NCBI GenBank assembly: GCA_022396035.1
Contig: JAIOXO010000008.1
Location: forward strand, 1,830-65,829
Length of the DNA stretch: 64,000 nt
Direction of reading: 5' to 3'
DNA from: Actinomycetes bacterium
GTDB lineage: Bacteria > Actinomycetota > Humimicrobiia > Humimicrobiales > Humimicrobiaceae
Part shown: one piece after another, positions 47,689-55,541 of the stretch
How positions within the stretch are numbered: the first letter of the stretch is position 1
Layout: each line of letters starts with the position of its first letter
Notes under the pieces: generated by a model
Database searches by the model: none
Told to the model about the DNA's origin: nothing
What the model saw: the letters and a program-made list of their open reading frames with translations, nothing else
Program-made: the position numbers and the translations under genes

Positions 47689-48717
47689 ATGTACTTTATT
47701 TTATTAATAACCAAAAATAAAGAAGTAGCAAAGAAAGCTAAAAATAGGCATATAAAAAACTTTAATATAATTATTAAAACAGATCAAAACAACATTGAAG
47801 CAATAATACAGGAATATATGCCGAAATATATTATAATAGCTGAAGATTTGCAGAATTTAGATGATTTAAGAGATTATATATCCGATAATACAGATAGTGA
47901 ATTAATAATTGCCGGGAAGAACAAAACACGGTCCGGCTGTATTCAGGTCCAAGAGTTACAGTGTATAGAAGATCTGGACCAGATATTGAATATAATAAGC
48001 AAGCTGGAACAAGAAAAATCGGAATATAAGGTAATTAACCAGCAGGTAACTTCATTATTTTCTGTTCAGGGCGGGGTAGGCAGAACCAATATTGCTTTTA
48101 ATATGGCATACTATCTGGGCAAAGCAAAAAAGCTTGATGTTTTACTGATTGATTTAAATTGCTGCGAAGGTCAAACAGATCTAGCCTATGATTTAAATAT
48201 ACCCAAATACCCCAATATGGGTAAATTTTTACAGGAAACAGAAAATAGTCCACAATCATTATGGGATTCCATAATACCGGTAAAGAAGTTAGGCACAGAT
48301 ATACTTCAGGCGCCTCTAACTATCGAGCAGAGTGACAATATTTCCATAGATATAATTGATGAAATTATTTATAGTGCCAGAAAAAGATATGATTATATAC
48401 TGGTAGATCTACCCCATAATTACCAAAATTATGTATTTGAAATGCTAAATCTTTCCACCAAGATTATCTTCATCTTTACTCCAACCATGGTGGCAACTCA
48501 TAGAATAAATAAATTTTTAAAATTTCTATCCGGACACCAGGATAGAGAGGCTTTATTGAATCAAGCCAATGAGGATGAGGAACAAATAGAATTATTCCAA
48601 CAGCAACTTAATATAAATCTGGCAGGATCAATTCCTAGTATGGAAAAAAGCCATAAGATTAATGGTTTTTTGGATATGCAGCCTCAGTTATCCTGCTTAG
48701 AAAAGATGATTATTTAA
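47689..48717 (+). CDS. CpaE/TadZ/MinD-like ATPase with degenerate Walker A and a receiver-like N-terminus
   Basis: FSVQGGVGRT..AFNMA, VLLIDLN and YDYILVDLP. Confidence 0.7.
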   Translation: MYFILLITKNKEVAKKAKNRHIKNFNIIIKTDQNNIEAIIQEYMPKYIIIAEDLQNLDDLRDYISDNTDSELIIAGKNKTRSGCIQVQELQCIEDLDQILNIISKLEQEKSEYKVINQQVTSLFSVQGGVGRTNIAFNMAYYLGKAKKLDVLLIDLNCCEGQTDLAYDLNIPKYPNMGKFLQETENSPQSLWDSIIPVKKLGTDILQAPLTIEQSDNISIDIIDEIIYSARKRYDYILVDLPHNYQNYVFEMLNLSTKIIFIFTPTMVATHRINKFLKFLSGHQDREALLNQANEDEEQIELFQQQLNINLAGSIPSMEKSHKINGFLDMQPQLSCLEKMII

Positions 48718-48718
48718 T

Positions 48719-49111
48719 ATGGAACAGGAAAAAAAATTATACACCATTAAGGAAGTTTCAGAACTGGTGGGTATAAGTGAATCCGAGATAATAAGGATGG
48801 TAATGTTAAAAAAATTACCAGCTATAAGGCTGGGTAAGGCAATAAGAATAAATGAAAATGATCTGGAGGAGTTCTTAAATAATTTTATAGGCAAAGAGGA
48901 GCTTGCCGGTAAATCTGAAGAGGAGGCTCCAGTACTATATACTGCAGAACAGGTAGCAAAAATATTGAAATTGTCGGTGGATAATATATGGAATCTTTTA
49001 AAAACCGGAGAATTAAAGGGATTTAAAATCAGAGAAGGAAGAAGCTCCTGGAGGATTCCACAGGGCAGTATTGAAGAGTTCATTGAGAGAAGAACCCAGA
49101 AGAGCGTATAG
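48719..49111 (+). CDS. Tandem HTH_17 (excisionase/BldC-like) DNA-binding protein
   Basis: Two repeats: LYTIKEVSELVGIS...LPAIRLGKAIRI and LYTAEQVAKILKLS...LKGFKI...WRIP. Confidence 0.8.
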   Translation: MEQEKKLYTIKEVSELVGISESEIIRMVMLKKLPAIRLGKAIRINENDLEEFLNNFIGKEELAGKSEEEAPVLYTAEQVAKILKLSVDNIWNLLKTGELKGFKIREGRSSWRIPQGSIEEFIERRTQKSV

Positions 49112-49118
49112 GGGAAAA

Positions 49119-49277
49119 ATGAAGGGGGAAGGACAGAAAAAAAAGAGCCTTACTTTTTGGGAGAAGGCATCAATTCTAATAATAATTTTTTTAATAATTG
49201 TGATACTGGTACTGATTTTTTACCAACAATTAATGGAGTATCTTGAAATTTTAAAAGCCTGGTATGAGAGTGGTTAG
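49119..49277 (+). CDS. 52-aa single-TM protein with type IV/Flp prepilin-like N-terminus
   Basis: SD GGGG/AGGGG. Basic leader MKGEGQKKKS, then LTFWE (Glu at +5) and a long hydrophobic helix. Confidence 0.55.
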   Translation: MKGEGQKKKSLTFWEKASILIIIFLIIVILVLIFYQQLMEYLEILKAWYESG

Positions 49278-49313
49278 CAAGAAGATAAAGTTTTTAAGAG
49301 GAGGTGAAATAAA

Positions 49314-49385
49314 GTGAAAAAGTTAATGAGAGTATTGATCGCGCTAGGTTCATTAGTAGGTATTTGCTCTACAGTAAGATGGTAG
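49314..49385 (+). CDS. 23-aa peptide MKKLMRVLIALGSLVGICSTVRW (copy 1)
   Basis: SD GGAGGTG 7 nt before the GTG start; TAG stop. Basic-hydrophobic-Trp architecture. Below the ORF-track cutoff. Confidence 0.65.
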   Translation: MKKLMRVLIALGSLVGICSTVRW

Positions 49386-49427
49386 AAAAAAGAAGAAAGT
49401 TCTATTAAGAAAGGAAGGTGAAATAAA

Positions 49428-49499
49428 GTGAAAAAGTTAATGAGAGTATTGATCGCGCTAGGTTCATTAGTAGGTATTTGCTCTACAGTAAGATGGTAG
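49428..49499 (+). CDS. 23-aa peptide MKKLMRVLIALGSLVGICSTVRW (copy 2)
   Basis: Own SD (AAGGAAGGTG) and a coding sequence identical to copy 1. Confidence 0.65.
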   Translation: MKKLMRVLIALGSLVGICSTVRW

Positions 49500-49525
49500 A
49501 AAAATTATATTAAATCGCCTTGTTT

Positions 49526-49534
49526 TGGTATAAT
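49526..49534 (+). promoter_or_regulatory. Extended -10 promoter (TGgTATAAT) upstream of the HD-GYP gene
   Basis: Perfect TGnTATAAT about 30 nt before the GTG at 49564. Confidence 0.55.
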
Positions 49535-49563
49535 TTTTTATATTTGAACTAAAAGGGAAATTA

Positions 49564-50802
49564 GTGAGCAATACTAAAAAGTTGATTTTACAGGTTTATG
49601 TTCATGCTGTCTTTATAATTGGCATATTCTTGCTATCATTGGTGATTATAAAGTATAGCAATGTTTCCTTGGTGGGAGTGGTGCTGTTCGGGTTTCTGGT
49701 ATTTGCATCAGACAATCTATCATCACCACTCCCCAAAACTGGCAGTGTATCAGTTAATTTTGGTATAACTATGGCCAGCTTAATTCTATTTGGTCCAGCT
49801 ACTGCCAGTATAGTTACCATAATATCTGTGTTCAATATTAAGGAATTTTTAAAGAAGGTTCCCTACTATAAACATCTCTTCAATGCGGGTCAGTACCTTA
49901 TATCCATAGGGGTGGCCAGCATAGTTTTTGAAGCTTTATTCAACCGGTCTGTTGGTAATTTTCTTTCTTTAAATAATATTGGAGTAATTTTTCTTTCTGC
50001 CATTATTTTCTTTTTTTTAAATACTACTTTGACTACAGGTGCTATAACCCTGAGTGAATCGGCAGGATTTTTAAATATCTGGGTTTTCAATTTTGCCTGG
50101 CTTACTCCTTTTCATATATTCTTAACTCTAATGGCGGTTGCCATATCTTTCCTATATTCTACTTATGGGCCTTTTACCCTGCTTTTTACATCATTGCCCT
50201 TGATAATAGCCCAGTATACTTATCTTTTAAGGATAAAAGAGAGAAAAGCCCTGTTAAGCAGTATTTTACAGATAGTAAAGATAATGGAGGCCAAAGATGT
50301 TTATACTGCCAGCCATTCCATGAGAGTGGCTACTTATAGTGAAGAGATAGCCAGGGAAATGAAATTAAATGAATACGATGTTGAAATAATTAGAAACCTC
50401 GCCAATCTGCATGATATAGGAAAGATTCAGGTTGATTTGTCTATATTAAATAAACCAGCTGAATTAAGCCGGCAGGATTGGGAAGAGGTTAAAAAACATC
50501 CAGAAGTGGGTTATGAGATAGTAAAAGAGATAACCTTTTTAAAAGATGCTGCTTCTGGAATACTTTATCACCATGAAAAAGTTGACGGCAGTGGGTATCC
50601 GAGAGGATTAACGGGAGACCAGATACCTTTATTTGCTAAAATTTTGTGTGTAGCAGATTCCTATGATGCTATGACTACTGACCGGCCCTATACCAGGGCA
50701 TTGACCAAACAAGAGGCCATAGGGGAATTAAGGAGAAACTCGGGGACTCAGTTTGATGGAGAAGTTACCGAGGCTATGGTAAAGGTATTAGCCAGGCAAT
50801 AA
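49564..50802 (+). CDS. Membrane-integral HD-GYP domain protein (putative c-di-GMP phosphodiesterase with a multi-TM sensor)
   Basis: About 7 TM helices in the first ~220 aa, then HSMRV, LHDIGKI, HPEVG, HHEKVDGSGYP and ADSYDAMTTDRPY. Confidence 0.88.
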   Translation: MSNTKKLILQVYVHAVFIIGIFLLSLVIIKYSNVSLVGVVLFGFLVFASDNLSSPLPKTGSVSVNFGITMASLILFGPATASIVTIISVFNIKEFLKKVPYYKHLFNAGQYLISIGVASIVFEALFNRSVGNFLSLNNIGVIFLSAIIFFFLNTTLTTGAITLSESAGFLNIWVFNFAWLTPFHIFLTLMAVAISFLYSTYGPFTLLFTSLPLIIAQYTYLLRIKERKALLSSILQIVKIMEAKDVYTASHSMRVATYSEEIAREMKLNEYDVEIIRNLANLHDIGKIQVDLSILNKPAELSRQDWEEVKKHPEVGYEIVKEITFLKDAASGILYHHEKVDGSGYPRGLTGDQIPLFAKILCVADSYDAMTTDRPYTRALTKQEAIGELRRNSGTQFDGEVTEAMVKVLARQ

Positions 50803-50804
50803 GC

Positions 50805-51326
50805 ATGGATAGAGGTTACTATAAAATATTAGGTTTAACCATTGCCCTGCTGGCAGCAGGAGCTGTTGTGGGTTATCTGTTCTTTTATTTTTTAAAAGAA
50901 CCTTCTGTGTTTATTATTGATAAATTTAAAGTATTGCAGGGCTTCTTCGGTATCCGGGAATATGATCAGGACATGACTCTGGTTTATACACTGATTATTA
51001 TTTTTTTTGGAAACCTTTTGTCTACTCTTGGCTACCTGGGTTTGGGTTACCTGAAAGCCAGCCTTCCCCTAGCTTTTATTACCGGATTCTTTATTATAAT
51101 ATTTCTGTTCTCTGGTACAATCCGGCATGCACAGAGCATTCCTGCAGATGTTATTTTGCTGGTTTCAGTAGAAACTGTTTACAGAATGCTTATGCTAAGT
51201 TATGGAGAGTACTGGGCAACCTATAAAAATAGAAATAAACCGCTGGCTTATGCTTTAATATCCATTACAGCGGTTTTATTTCTATTTGGAATTGGTTTCG
51301 AGGTTTACTCTATTTTTTACTTATAA
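50805..51326 (+). CDS. Membrane protein, distantly SpoIIM/DUF95-like
   Basis: 173 aa, 4-5 TM. IIIFFGNL and a Glu inside a TM helix (SVETVY). Starts 2 nt after the HD-GYP stop. Confidence 0.55.
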   Translation: MDRGYYKILGLTIALLAAGAVVGYLFFYFLKEPSVFIIDKFKVLQGFFGIREYDQDMTLVYTLIIIFFGNLLSTLGYLGLGYLKASLPLAFITGFFIIIFLFSGTIRHAQSIPADVILLVSVETVYRMLMLSYGEYWATYKNRNKPLAYALISITAVLFLFGIGFEVYSIFYL

Positions 51327-51330
51327 TATA

Positions 51331-51359
51331 ACAGGCCACTAGTAATATTAGCGGCCTGT
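51331..51359. terminator. Hairpin between convergent genes (probable bidirectional terminator)
   Basis: ACAGGCCACTA-GTAATAT-TAGCGGCCTGT: 11-bp stem, fully paired with a G-U on the minus strand. Confidence 0.75.
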
Positions 51360-51367
51360 CTGAGTAT

Positions 51368-52909
51368 TTATATTTCAGCCAACTTATCAAAAGTTGGTTT
51401 AAGGGTCGGGTACAGGCTCTTGTAAACCTCAAATAACCCTTCATAGATTTTTTTATTGGATTTGTCGGGAAGAAGTTCGGTTTCTGTTTTTATGACTTCA
51501 GTAGCCTGTTCAACAGTGTCCCAGATACCACATCCGGTTCCGGCAACCAGGGCTGCACCATAAGCACCGCCTTCCTTGCTTCCGCTAACTGTTTTTACCG
51601 GGAGCTGGAATATGTCTGCCAGCATCTGTCTCCACAGCTTGCTTGACGATCCTCCCCCGGATACCCTGATTTCTTTAGCTTTTAAATTGGTATCCATTTC
51701 TGTCATCAGTTCATAAATCTGCTTCTGGCTGAAAGTAACTCCTTCCATAACGCTCCTGGCAAAATCTTCATGGTTATGTCTAAGGGTAACTCCAATGAAC
51801 ACTCCTGAAGCATTAGGATCAGGGTAGGGACATCTTTCACCTATAAGGTAGGGCAGGAAAACCAATCCTTTACTACCAGGTTCAGATTCTTTTTCCACCG
51901 CTTCATCAATTATTTTGTAAACATCCTGATCTGTTTCTTGGGCAATTTTATTTTCAAATCTACACAACTTATTCTTAAACCACTGGAATGATCCTCCTGC
52001 AGCCAGGGTTACGCCCATAATATTCCACTTATTAGGAGCATTACTGCAGAACACCTGGAAATTACCGGTATGGTTAAAAGTATAATTATTAAGCCCCATG
52101 GAAGTGACCCCGGCTGTACCCAGGGTAATTCCCAGTATACCTTCAATTATCAGGCCGGTACCTGTAGTCTGGATAACCGCATCTCCTCCGCCACCGGCGA
52201 CCGGTACTGATTTGGGGAGGCCGGTCTGTTCAGAGGCTTCTCCGGTTAAGTGTCCGGTAATTTCGGGAGATTCATAAGCCTGGGGGAGCAGCTCCAGCGG
52301 TATATCCAGTATCTCTAACAGTTCCTGGCTCCACTTTCTGTTCTTAACATCAAATAAGCCGGTTCCAGAAGCATCAGATACTTCGGTGGCAAATTCGCCG
52401 GTAAGCCTGAATCTGATATAATCTTTAGGATTTAAGAATATTACTGATTGTTTGTAGTGCTGGGGCTCTTCTTGCTTCAGCCATAAGATTTTCCCCCCGG
52501 TATATCCAGGCAGCATGCTATTGTTAGTGTATTTCAGCAGCTCCTTTTTGCCCCCTACTGCTTTATAGATATCCTGGCATTGCTTATGTGATCGTTGATC
52601 ATTCCACAGGTAAGCGGGCCTTACTACCTGATGGCCTTTGTCCAGGGCTACCAGGCCATGCATTTGGCCGGATAAACCAATGCCCTTTACTGCCTGGGGG
52701 TTTACCCCGCTTTTTTCCATTATTATTCGTATGGTTTTTGCAGTAGCTTTCCACCAGTCATCCGGGTTTTGCTCTGCCCATCCCGGCTTGGGGGTATAAA
52801 GGGGATATTCTTCCATAGCCGAGGCAATAACCTTTCCGGTGCTGTCTATTAAAATAGACTTACAGCCTGAGGTCCCGATATCGGTACCGATAATATATTG
52901 TTCTTGCAT
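51368..52909 (-). CDS. xylB: Xylulokinase-type FGGY carbohydrate kinase
   Basis: GTDIGTSG, GWAEQNP, GLSGQMHG, LWND, DASGT, GGGD, PYLIGERCP and SGGG. Confidence 0.8.
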   Translation of the reverse strand: MQEQYIIGTDIGTSGCKSILIDSTGKVIASAMEEYPLYTPKPGWAEQNPDDWWKATAKTIRIIMEKSGVNPQAVKGIGLSGQMHGLVALDKGHQVVRPAYLWNDQRSHKQCQDIYKAVGGKKELLKYTNNSMLPGYTGGKILWLKQEEPQHYKQSVIFLNPKDYIRFRLTGEFATEVSDASGTGLFDVKNRKWSQELLEILDIPLELLPQAYESPEITGHLTGEASEQTGLPKSVPVAGGGGDAVIQTTGTGLIIEGILGITLGTAGVTSMGLNNYTFNHTGNFQVFCSNAPNKWNIMGVTLAAGGSFQWFKNKLCRFENKIAQETDQDVYKIIDEAVEKESEPGSKGLVFLPYLIGERCPYPDPNASGVFIGVTLRHNHEDFARSVMEGVTFSQKQIYELMTEMDTNLKAKEIRVSGGGSSSKLWRQMLADIFQLPVKTVSGSKEGGAYGAALVAGTGCGIWDTVEQATEVIKTETELLPDKSNKKIYEGLFEVYKSLYPTLKPTFDKLAEI

Positions 52910-52923
52910 TTTTCTCCCCTCGT

Positions 52924-54366
52924 TTAAAGGTATTTTACTCTTATATGTTTAATTAAAAGATATTCGTATAAGCCTTCAGGTCCATGTTCATGTCCGAAAC
53001 CACTGTCTTTCCAGCCGCCGTAGGGAGCATAAAGAACTCCAGCGTCTACATTGTTTATGGCTACATTTCCGGAATCAATTTCTTTGGATAACTTATTGGC
53101 CAGGCTCAGGCTTTCCGTAAATACTATTGCTGCCAGCCCATAAACCGAATCATTTGCCAGCTTCACTGCTTCTTCAACAGATTTAAATGGCATTACACCA
53201 ACTACCGGCCCGAAGGTTTCTTCCTGCATAACCAGCATGCCGTGGTTAACGTCACGCAATATGGTGGGTTCAAAATAGTAGCCTTTCTGATATTTTTCAC
53301 CTTCAGGTTTATTACCGCCGCAGGCCAGCTTAGCTCCCTTGGATAAAGCATCTTCTATATGCTGTCTGGCCGTATCAATTCCGCCCAGCGTACACATGGG
53401 ACCTAAGTTGATATCTTCTTTTAGGCCATCTCCTATACTCAACTTCCTGGTTTCTTCTACAAATTTCTCTAAAAATTGTTCATAGATACTTTCATCAACA
53501 TATATTCGGTTAATTGCAATACAGATCTGGCCCATATTCCTAAACGATCTTCTTACTGCTCCTTTTACTGCCTGATCAAGATTGCAGTCCTTGCATATCA
53601 CTGTAGGAAGGCTTCCGCCCAACTCCAGGGATACTTTTTTAAAAGTATCAATGCATCCTTTTAAAACCTGCCTGCCGGTACTGGTGGATCCGGTAAAGGC
53701 AACTTTTTTAACTATCTTGCTGTCGAATAGAACTGGTCCCACTTCTGAACCGGAACCGGTTATGGCATTTATCACTCCGGTGGGAACCCCTGCGTCCTGA
53801 ACGCATTTTACAAAAGCAAGCGGGGATAAAGGGGTTTCGGAAGGCAATTTAGCAATAATGGTGCAACCTGAAGCCAGGGCACCTCCAACTTTCCATGCCA
53901 GAAGTTCGATAGGATAGTTCCAGGGAGATATGGCCGCAGCTACTCCTATAGGCTGATAGATAACCCTGCTTTCCATATCCTGTTCCTCATTAGGCACAAT
54001 TCTTCCATAAACCCTTTCTCCTTCTTCGGCGTAGTAGCTTAATATGTTGACGCCTTTTTCCACTTCACCAAGGGCTTCTTTAAAAGGTTTTCCCTGTTCC
54101 TGAGTCATAAGTCTGGCAATTTCCTCTTTTCTCTCTTCTACCAGCTTGCTTGCTTTTCTCAGATATCTACCTCTGGTAAAAGGCGATAAAGAAGACCAGC
54201 CTTTAAATGCGGAATTTGCAGCTTCTATAGCCTTTTCAACATCTGGTTTATGAGCTTTAGGAACCTGAGCAAAGACTTCACCTGTAGCTGGATTGGTAAC
54301 TTCTATTTTGTCTCCATCCAGGGAATCAACCCATTCGCCTCCGATTAACATTTGTTTTTTTAGCAT
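52924..54366 (-). CDS. NAD(P)-dependent aldehyde dehydrogenase (succinate-semialdehyde dehydrogenase-like)
   Basis: SPWNYP, FTGST, SLELGG, catalytic GQICIA, EETFGP and PYGGWKDSG. Confidence 0.9.
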   Translation of the reverse strand: MLKKQMLIGGEWVDSLDGDKIEVTNPATGEVFAQVPKAHKPDVEKAIEAANSAFKGWSSLSPFTRGRYLRKASKLVEERKEEIARLMTQEQGKPFKEALGEVEKGVNILSYYAEEGERVYGRIVPNEEQDMESRVIYQPIGVAAAISPWNYPIELLAWKVGGALASGCTIIAKLPSETPLSPLAFVKCVQDAGVPTGVINAITGSGSEVGPVLFDSKIVKKVAFTGSTSTGRQVLKGCIDTFKKVSLELGGSLPTVICKDCNLDQAVKGAVRRSFRNMGQICIAINRIYVDESIYEQFLEKFVEETRKLSIGDGLKEDINLGPMCTLGGIDTARQHIEDALSKGAKLACGGNKPEGEKYQKGYYFEPTILRDVNHGMLVMQEETFGPVVGVMPFKSVEEAVKLANDSVYGLAAIVFTESLSLANKLSKEIDSGNVAINNVDAGVLYAPYGGWKDSGFGHEHGPEGLYEYLLIKHIRVKYL

Positions 54367-54401
54367 ATTACTATACTCCCTATAGATATTTTAAATTTAA
54401 C

Positions 54402-54797
54402 TTATTGTTCTGAGGGATCAATTTTGCAGGTTACCCATACTACTATCAGTGGTAAGTTACCTGACTGTTTGGTGGTATGAAAAACTCCAGGTGGAACATA
54501 CAGAGCGTCACCCTGTTCTACTTCATATTCGTCTTCGCCTACTACCATGGTTCCTTTTCCCATAACTACATAATATACTTCTTCCATGTCATCATGGGAA
54601 TGTCCGGTAGTAGTTCCAGTAGGGTAGATAGTGGTGTGGCCAAGGGTTAATCTTCTGGATTGGCAACCTTCGTCTTGGGGATTGATTAAATAATAGGTGT
54701 CTCTTAGAACTACCTTGTCCCGGTTTTTTACTCTGTCTCTTAACGATCTGGGATCAATATCAGCAGCTGCATCCTGGATATTTTTTACATATTTCAT
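54402..54797 (-). CDS. Cupin domain protein
   Basis: GHSHDDMEEVYYV and GDALYVPPGVFH metal-binding motifs. SD GGGAGG precedes the ATG at 54797. Confidence 0.85.
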   Translation of the reverse strand: MKYVKNIQDAAADIDPRSLRDRVKNRDKVVLRDTYYLINPQDEGCQSRRLTLGHTTIYPTGTTTGHSHDDMEEVYYVVMGKGTMVVGEDEYEVEQGDALYVPPGVFHTTKQSGNLPLIVVWVTCKIDPSEQ

Positions 54798-55456
54798 TAC
54801 TTTTCCTCCCTGACAAGTCATATAATTATTAAAAGGTCCGGCAACTGTATTATACTAATAACCCAAGTTATTTTTAAGCTGCCTGGTTCAGAATAAGATT
54901 TTACACAAATTTTGTCTGATATCAATTGGTTTATTTGATTTATTGGAGTTCTTTGCCTGAAACCAAGATTCCATATATCCTAAACCTTTCCTAAATTGGC
55001 ATTATTATAGCAGTATATTTTTCATATTCAAATTAACAAAATATTCTGACCATAGCGCATGTTTAGCCAGTATACATGGGTCAGTAAGCGGTTGCAATGT
55101 TGTTATGTAGGGTAATTGAGTCCATTTATTGGTAAGAATTATGCATTAGTGCAATAAAATTTGATTTATTCTTTTAATGTTTTCCAAAAGGGCTTATAAT
55201 ATTCATGTATTTATCAGCACCGGGCAGCGCTCCTGTTTTGGTATAGCTTGATGGTTTTGAGGCCAAATGGGGTTGAGTAGTAGAAGCTCATTAAAGGTTG
55301 CAGGTTAGAAATTAATTTTGACTATATTCAAAAAATATGGTAAAAGTTATGAGTCATAAAGTTTGCTGCAGGGTTGACTTGGTAAAGGTCAGGTAGCCTA
55401 TGAAAGATTTTGCAGAGCATGGTCAGAATCAAGGGAAATTGGGTCTGAAATAAAAA

Positions 55457-55486
55457 TTGACAAATAATTAAAATTTGGATTAGAAT
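55457..55486 (+). promoter_or_regulatory. Putative sigma70 promoter immediately left of the IS
   Basis: TTGACA-18-TAGAAT; the predicted start site falls near the IS left end. Confidence 0.45.
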
Positions 55487-55541
55487 TATTAAACCTTTCT
55501 TTCCGCAGGTTAAAAACCCATTTTTTCCGAATTAATTTCAG

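Larger units (their letters stand above)
49302..49504 (+). repeat. Two identical 89-bp direct repeats (49302-49390 and 49416-49504)
   Basis: Base-by-base identity, period 114 bp. Each copy contains an SD and a small ORF. Confidence 0.95.

Noticed and set aside
48719-49111. Excisionase as evidence of a prophage or integrative element
   Set aside because: No integrase, att-like repeats, tRNA target or phage genes in the window.
49302-49504. Direct repeats as a CRISPR array
   Set aside because: Only two units, 89 bp long, each coding (SD plus ORF), with no cas genes or spacer structure.
54878-54975. Short minus-strand ORF (MESWFQAKNSNKSNKPIDIRQNLCKILF)
   Set aside because: No SD and no recognisable family; consistent with chance in AT-rich DNA.
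55385-55420. AGGTCAGGT resembling SRP (4.5S) RNA domain IV
   Set aside because: Lacks the following GNRA tetraloop and the AGCAG symmetric-loop partner. It also does not match the c-di-GMP-I riboswitch consensus.
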